In this document: in pieces, positions 1 to 4,103 of the stretch
How positions within the stretch are numbered: the stretch's first letter is position 1
Layout of the letters: each line of letters begins with the position of its first letter
Origin: a virus
Taxonomy: Duplodnaviria; Heunggongvirae; Uroviricota; Caudoviricetes
Direction: 5' to 3' (one strand)
Length of the DNA stretch: 4,103 nt
Virus record (IMG/VR): IMGVR_UViG_2651869861_000013
Span: 1 to 4,103 of that record
Notes under the pieces: model-generated
Seen by the model: only the letters and a program-made list of their open reading frames with translations
Databases searched by the model: none
Told to the model about the DNA's origin: nothing
Made by a program: the position numbers and the translations under genes

Positions 1-2551
1 TGGCGGCACGGAGCCGCGCATCACCTGTAATGCGTACCTGACCACGCGGCGCAAGGCGTGGGATGTGCTCAGTGATTTCTGCTCGGCGATGCGCTGTATG
101 CCGGTATGGAACGGGCAGACGCTGACGTTCGTGCAGGACCGGCCGTCGGATAAGGTGTGGACCTATAACCGCAGTAATGTGGTGATGCCGGATGATGGCG
201 CGCCGTTCCGCTACAGCTTTAGCGCCCTGAAAGACCGCCATAATGCCGTTGAGGTGAACTGGACTGACCCGGACAACGGCTGGGAGACGGCGACAGAGCT
301 TGTGGAGGACACGCAGGCCATTGCCCGTTACGGTCGTAACGTCACGAAGATGGATGCCTTTGGCTGTACCAGTCGGGGGCAGGCACACCGTGCCGGGCTG
401 TGGCTGATTAAAACGGAACTGCTGGAAACGCAGACCGTGGACTTCAGCGTGGGCGCAGAAGGGCTTCGCCATGTACCGGGCGATGTCATTGAAATCTGTG
501 ATGATGACTATGCGGGGATCAGCATCGGTGGGCGTGTGCTGGCGGTGAACAGCCAGACCCGGACGCTGACGCTCGACCGTGAAATCACGCTGCCATCCTC
601 CGGCACCACGCTGATAAGCCTGGTTGACGGAAGTGGCAATCCGGTCAGCGTGGAGGTCCAGTCCGTCACCGACGGCGTGAAGGTAAAAGTGAGCCGTGTT
701 CCTGACGGCGTTGCCGGATACAGCGTATGGGGGCTGAAGTTGCCGACGTTGCGCCAGCGCCTGTTCCGCTGCGTGAGTATCCGTGAGAACGACGACGGCA
801 CGTATGCCATCACCGCCGTGCAGCATGTACCCGAAAAAGAAGCCATCGTGGATAACGGGGCGCACTTTGACGGCGACCTGAGCGGCACGGTGAATGGCGT
901 CACGCCGCCCGCGGTGCAGCACCTGACTGCCGAAGTCACCGCAGACAGCGGGGAATATCAGGTGCTGGCGCGCTGGGACACGCCGAAGGTGGTGAAGGGG
1001 GTGAGCTTCCTGCTTCGCCTGACCGTGGCAGCGGATGACGGCAGTGAGCGGCTGGTCAGCACGGCCCGGACGACGGAAACCACATACCGCTTCACGCAAC
1101 TGGCGCCGGGGAACTACAGGCTGACAGTCCGGGCGGTAAATGCGTGGGGACAGCAGGGCGATCCGGCATCGGTATCGTTCCGGATTGCCGCACCGGCAGC
1201 GCCGTCTCGGATTGAGCTGACACCGGGCTATTTTCAGATAACCGCCACGCCGCATCTTGCGGTTTATGATCCGACGGTACAGTTTGAGTTCTGGTTCTCG
1301 GAAAAGCGGATTGCGGATATCAGGCAGGTTGAAACCGCAGCCCGCTATCTTGGCTCGGCGCTGTACTGGATAGCTGCCAGTATCAATATCAAACCGGGCC
1401 ATGATTATTATTTTTATATCCGCAGTGTGAATACTGTTGGCAAATCGGCATTCGTGGAGGCTGTCGGTCGGGCGAGCGATGATGCGGAAGGTTACCTGGA
1501 TTTTTTCAAAGGAGAAATCGGGAAAACACATCTGGCCCAGGAGCTGTGGACGCAGATTGATAACGGTCAGCTTGCGCCGGACCTGGCTGAAATCAGGACG
1601 TCCATTACGAATGTCAGCAATGAAATCACGCAGACCGTCAATAAAAAACTGGAAAATCAGAGTGCGGCAATCCAGCAGATACAGAAAGTTCAGGTTGATA
1701 CAAATAATAACCTGAACAGCATGTGGGCCGTGAAACTGCAGCAGATGCAGGACGGACGCCTTTATATTGCGGGTATCGGTGCCGGTATTGAGAATACGCC
1801 AGCAGGAATGCAGAGTCAGGTGCTGCTGGCGGCAGACAGGATTGCGATGATTAATCCTGCGAATGGCAACACAAAGCCGATGTTTGTTGGTCAGGGCGAT
1901 CAGATATTTATGAATGAAGTGTTCCTGAAATATCTGACGGCTCCCACCATTACCAGCGGCGGCAATCCTCCGGCATTTTCCCTGACATCAGACGGAAAGC
2001 TGACCGCTAAAAATGCGGATATCAGTGGCAGTGTGAATGCGAACTCCGGGACGCTCAACAACGTCACGGTAAATGAAAACTGTACGATTAAGGGCATGCT
2101 GGAGGCGACTCAGGTCAGAGGTGACTTCGTTAAAGCTGTATCCAAATCATTTCCGAAACAGGCTGGTACGTGGGGTAACACGGAAACACCAAACGGGACG
2201 GTTACAGTCACCATCAGCGATGATCATAACTTTGACCGTCAAATCATTATTCCGCCCATTATCTTTAACGGAATAGCGTATAGCGATCCGGGAAGTGGTA
2301 ATAACCCGGGAGGTACAAGATACACGGGTTATGGTTTTGAAGTTCGCAAAAACGGTGTATTAATCGCATCCAGAGAAACTAAAGGGGCCATTCCCGGTAG
2401 CTACAGTGCGGTTATTGATATGCCGAGTGGCAGGGGAAGCGTCACTCTGGAGTTTAAGGTTTTCCATAAAGGCAATCAGCGGGCAGGTAATATCACCGAC
2501 TGTACGGTGATTGTGACCAAAAAAGCGGCTTCCGGCATCAGTATCCGTTGA
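1..2551 (+). CDS. J: Tail tip / central tail fiber host-specificity protein J, 5'-truncated by the window edge (C-terminal ~850 aa present; codon phase starts at position 2; stop TGA 2549-2551)
   Basis: The reading frame is open from position 2 ([51 protein letters not shown]...) with no stop until 2549-2551. The translation closely matches my recollection of lambda gpJ through the N-terminal and central part, including the fibronectin-III-like segment (...[37 protein letters not shown]...) and the [42 protein letters not shown] block. The GTG at 65 used by the ORF track is an internal codon, not the true start. Confidence 0.93.
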   Translation, partial: GGTEPRITCNAYLTTRRKAWDVLSDFCSAMRCMPVWNGQTLTFVQDRPSDKVWTYNRSNVVMPDDGAPFRYSFSALKDRHNAVEVNWTDPDNGWETATELVEDTQAIARYGRNVTKMDAFGCTSRGQAHRAGLWLIKTELLETQTVDFSVGAEGLRHVPGDVIEICDDDYAGISIGGRVLAVNSQTRTLTLDREITLPSSGTTLISLVDGSGNPVSVEVQSVTDGVKVKVSRVPDGVAGYSVWGLKLPTLRQRLFRCVSIRENDDGTYAITAVQHVPEKEAIVDNGAHFDGDLSGTVNGVTPPAVQHLTAEVTADSGEYQVLARWDTPKVVKGVSFLLRLTVAADDGSERLVSTARTTETTYRFTQLAPGNYRLTVRAVNAWGQQGDPASVSFRIAAPAAPSRIELTPGYFQITATPHLAVYDPTVQFEFWFSEKRIADIRQVETAARYLGSALYWIAASINIKPGHDYYFYIRSVNTVGKSAFVEAVGRASDDAEGYLDFFKGEIGKTHLAQELWTQIDNGQLAPDLAEIRTSITNVSNEITQTVNKKLENQSAAIQQIQKVQVDTNNNLNSMWAVKLQQMQDGRLYIAGIGAGIENTPAGMQSQVLLAADRIAMINPANGNTKPMFVGQGDQIFMNEVFLKYLTAPTITSGGNPPAFSLTSDGKLTAKNADISGSVNANSGTLNNVTVNENCTIKGMLEATQVRGDFVKAVSKSFPKQAGTWGNTETPNGTVTVTISDDHNFDRQIIIPPIIFNGIAYSDPGSGNNPGGTRYTGYGFEVRKNGVLIASRETKGAIPGSYSAVIDMPSGRGSVTLEFKVFHKGNQRAGNITDCTVIVTKKAASGISIR

Positions 2552-2573
2552 AATATTTATAACCCTAATAACG

Positions 2574-2600
2574 GGCGCCAGAAATGGCGCCTTTTTTATT
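2574..2600 (+). terminator. Rho-independent terminator-like hairpin downstream of J (7-bp GC-rich stem GGCGCCA/TGGCGCC, GAAA tetraloop, then TTTTTTATT)
   Basis: Read directly: stem 2574-2580 pairs with 2585-2591, loop GAAA 2581-2584, T-tract 2592-2597 followed by ATT. The minus-strand version has no U-tract after the stem, so it is + strand only. Confidence 0.6.
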
Positions 2601-2610
2601 GCAGAAAATC

Positions 2611-2616
2611 GGGAGG
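2611..2616 (+). promoter_or_regulatory. Shine-Dalgarno sequence (GGGAGG) for lom, 5 nt upstream of the ATG at 2622
   Basis: GGGAGG followed by spacer TAATT and ATG; near-consensus ribosome-binding site with good spacing. Confidence 0.6.
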
Positions 2617-2621
2617 TAATT

Positions 2622-3221
2622 ATGCGTAAAGTTTGTGCAGCAATTTTGTCCGCAGCCATTTGTCTGGCCGTATCCGGTGTGCCTGCATGGGCGTCTGAGC
2701 ATCAGTCCACGCTGAGCGCAGGATATCTTCATGCCAGTACGGACGCTCCCGGCAGCGATGATCTGAACGGGATTAACGTGAAATACCGTTATGAGTTTAC
2801 GGACACACTGGGGCTGATTACGTCCTTCAGTTATGCCAACGCCGAAGATGAGCAAAAAACGCATTACAGCGATACCCGCTGGCATGAGGATTACGTGCGT
2901 AACCGCTGGTTCAGCGTGATGGCAGGGCCGTCTGTGCGTGTGAATGAATGGTTCAGTGCGTATGCGATGGCGGGTGTGGCTTACAGCCGTGTGTCGACTT
3001 TTTCCGGGGATTATTTCCGCGTAACTGACAACAAGAGGAAAACGCACGACGTGCTGACCGGAAGTGATGACGCTCGCTACAGCAACACATCTCTGGCGTG
3101 GGGGGCTGGCGTGCAGTTTAACCCGACCGAATCAGTGGCCGTTGATGTCGCTTATGAAGGCTCCGGCAGCGGTGACTGGCGCACTGACGGTTTCATCGTG
3201 GGTGTCGGTTATAAATTTTGA
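2622..3221 (+). CDS. lom: Lom outer membrane protein, Ail/Lom/PagC family 8-stranded beta-barrel (lysogenic-conversion 'moron'); predicted signal peptide 2622-2693
   Basis: 199-aa ORF with a strong RBS. N-terminus MRKVCAAILSAAICLAVSGVPAWA|SEHQ is a typical Sec signal peptide with an AxA cleavage site. The C-terminus ends ...GVGYKF, the terminal aromatic residue typical of OM beta-barrels. The translation is nearly identical to lambda Lom as I recall it (SEHQSTLSAGYLHAS...GINVKYRYEF...RWFSVMAGPSVRVNEWFSAYAMAGVAYSRVSTFSGDY...). Position directly after J matches lambda gene order. Confidence 0.93.
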   Translation: MRKVCAAILSAAICLAVSGVPAWASEHQSTLSAGYLHASTDAPGSDDLNGINVKYRYEFTDTLGLITSFSYANAEDEQKTHYSDTRWHEDYVRNRWFSVMAGPSVRVNEWFSAYAMAGVAYSRVSTFSGDYFRVTDNKRKTHDVLTGSDDARYSNTSLAWGAGVQFNPTESVAVDVAYEGSGSGDWRTDGFIVGVGYKF

Positions 3222-3242
3222 TTAGTAACACAGCGTTATGAC

Positions 3243-3269
3243 AGCCCGCCGGTTCAGGCGGGCTTTTTT
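3243..3269 (+). terminator. Rho-independent terminator downstream of lom (8-bp stem AGCCCGCC/GGCGGGCT, loop GGTTCA, T6 tract)
   Basis: Read directly: 3243-3250 pairs with 3257-3264, loop 3251-3256, TTTTTT 3264-3269. It lies 22 nt after the lom stop. No U-tract follows on the minus strand. Confidence 0.65.
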
Positions 3270-3271
3270 GT

Positions 3272-3275
3272 GGAG
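3272..3275 (+). promoter_or_regulatory. Shine-Dalgarno sequence (GGAG) for the side tail fiber gene, 5 nt upstream of the ATG at 3281
   Basis: GGAG then TGGGT then ATG. An in-frame TGA at 3239-3241 excludes a longer upstream start. Confidence 0.5.
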
Positions 3276-3280
3276 TGGGT

Positions 3281-4103
3281 ATGGCAGCAGTACAAATATC
3301 AGGCGTGCTGAAAGATGGTGCGGGAAAACCAATACAGAACTGCACCATTCAACTGAAAGCCAGACGTAACAGCACCACGGTGGTGGTGAACACGGTGGCC
3401 TCTGAAAATCCGGATGAGGCAGGGCGTTACAGCATGGACGTCGAGTATGGTCAGTACAGCGTCACTCTGTTGGTGGAGGGATTCCCGCCATCACATGCCG
3501 GGACCATCTCCGTGTATGAAGATTCTCAACCGGGTACGCTGAATGATTTTCTCGGTGCCATGACGGAGGATGATGCCCGTCCGGAGGCACTGCGTCGTTT
3601 TGAACAGATGGTGGAAGAAGCAGCGCGTCACGCAGAGGAGGCGAAGAAGAATGCCGGAGAAGCAGAGACGTCCGCGAGGAATGCCGGCATATCAGCCAGT
3701 AAGGCGGAAGCGAGCGCCGCAAATGCTGATACTTCAGCAGAGGATGCATCGGAGTCAGCCCGGCAGGCGGCAGAAAGTGCAGCCTCTGCAAAGAAGTCAG
3801 AGGAAGCGTCCTCGTCCTCAGCCTCTGAGGCCGCTCAAAAAGCCAGTGAGTCATTACAAAGTGCAACAGATGCCGAGTTGTCAAAAAAGACGGCAGAAAG
3901 TGCAGCCGGTAATGCAGCCAGGGATGCAACGACCTCAACAGAAAAAGCCCGGGAATCAGCAGAAAGCGCACAGTCAGCGGAACAAAGCAGAATAGCGGCG
4001 GAAGACGCCGTAAACAGAATTCCCACCGTGGTGGGGCCTCCCGGACCAAAGGGGGAACCGGGTCCCGCGGGTCCTCAGGGGCCGAAGGGAGATAAAGGAG
4101 AGC
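3281..4103 (+). CDS. stf: Side tail fiber protein (lambda Stf / orf-401 family), 3'-truncated by the window edge; N-terminal domain, Ala/Ser/Glu-rich low-complexity shaft, then collagen-like Gly-X-Y repeat
   Basis: ATG at 3281 with RBS. I translated the frame by hand from 3281 to the window end and found no stop (about 274 codons). This ORF is absent from the supplied track because it has no stop inside the window. The N-terminus MAAVQISGVLKDGAGKPIQNCTIQLKARRNSTTVVVNTVASENPDEAGRYSMDVEYGQYSV...FPPSHAGTISVYEDSQPGTLNDF... closely matches lambda Stf as I recall it. Gene order J-lom-stf is the lambda order. Confidence 0.88.
   Translation, partial: MAAVQISGVLKDGAGKPIQNCTIQLKARRNSTTVVVNTVASENPDEAGRYSMDVEYGQYSVTLLVEGFPPSHAGTISVYEDSQPGTLNDFLGAMTEDDARPEALRRFEQMVEEAARHAEEAKKNAGEAETSARNAGISASKAEASAANADTSAEDASESARQAAESAASAKKSEEASSSSASEAAQKASESLQSATDAELSKKTAESAAGNAARDATTSTEKARESAESAQSAEQSRIAAEDAVNRIPTVVGPPGPKGEPGPAGPQGPKGDKGE
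4034..4103 (+). repeat. Collagen-like Gly-X-Y triplet repeat coding segment within stf (GPPGPKGEPGPAGPQGPKGDKGE..., continues past the window end)
   Basis: Read directly from the translation in the stf frame: at least 7 consecutive G-X-Y triplets, proline-rich, starting at codon 4034-4036. Confidence 0.8.

Noticed and set aside
508-2276. Small ORFs embedded in J: 508..939 (-), 1437..1715 (+), 1900..2097 (-), 2073..2276 (+)
   Set aside because: All lie wholly inside the well-supported J reading frame in other frames or on the opposite strand. They have no RBS context, and their Arg/Ser/Thr/Cys-rich translations look like typical out-of-frame artefacts.
65-2551. ORF-track start of the large + ORF at a GTG codon at position 65
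   Set aside because: The frame is open from position 2 with lambda-J-like sequence upstream of 65. The gene is 5'-truncated by the window, and the GTG at 65 is an internal valine codon.
2548-2576. Possible sigma-70 promoter for lom, starting from a -35-like TTGAAA overlapping the J stop codon
   Set aside because: No acceptable -10 hexamer lies 16-18 bp downstream (the sequence there is ACGGGC/AACGGG). The nearby TAATAA is only 12 bp away. Any transcript from here would also meet the terminator hairpin immediately.
2360-3047. Minus-strand ORFs 2360..2659 (99 aa) and 2565..3047 (160 aa)
   Set aside because: They are antisense to the 3' end of J and to lom and run across the J terminator hairpin. 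The translations are Cys/His/Arg-rich with no recognisable family, so they are the shadow of the lom and J coding frames.
2574-3269. Either hairpin acting as a minus-strand or bidirectional terminator
   Set aside because: On the minus strand neither stem is followed by a U-tract (CGTTATTAGGG after the first, TGTCATAACG after the second), and there are no convincing minus-strand genes to terminate.
3462-4049. ORFs 3462..4049 (-), 3835..4026 (-) and 3570..3995 (+, very basic R/K/Q-rich product)
   Set aside because: They overlap stf in alternative frames. The GC-rich, GCN/GAR-periodic shaft-coding sequence is stop-poor in several frames, which produces long spurious ORFs. The true gene is the frame starting at ATG 3281, which has an RBS and lambda Stf similarity.
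1-4103. A novel defence or other undescribed system, CRISPR array, tRNA, integrase or insertion sequence in this window
   Set aside because: The whole window is accounted for by three recognisable lambdoid tail-region genes and their short intergenic spacers. There are no spacer-repeat arrays, no tRNA-like cloverleaf candidates and no unexplained ORFs. Claiming a new system would not be supported by the sequence.

Overview
This window is the distal tail region of a lambda-like (lambdoid, enterobacterial) prophage or phage, all on the + strand: the 3' ~2.5 kb of the central tail fiber / host-specificity gene J (5' end lies outside the window), the outer-membrane 'moron' gene lom bracketed by two intrinsic terminator hairpins, and the 5' ~0.8 kb of a side tail fiber gene (stf-like) that runs off the window end into a collagen-like Gly-X-Y repeat. 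Identifications rest on my own translation of the sequence and recognition of the lambda J, Lom and Stf protein families from memory; no database search was run. I do not see a novel defence or other undescribed system here. The points worth follow-up are a divergent C-terminal receptor-binding region of J, the insulated lom cassette with no recognisable promoter of its own, and the repetitive, collagen-like side tail fiber. All other ORFs in the six-frame track overlap these three genes and are judged spurious.
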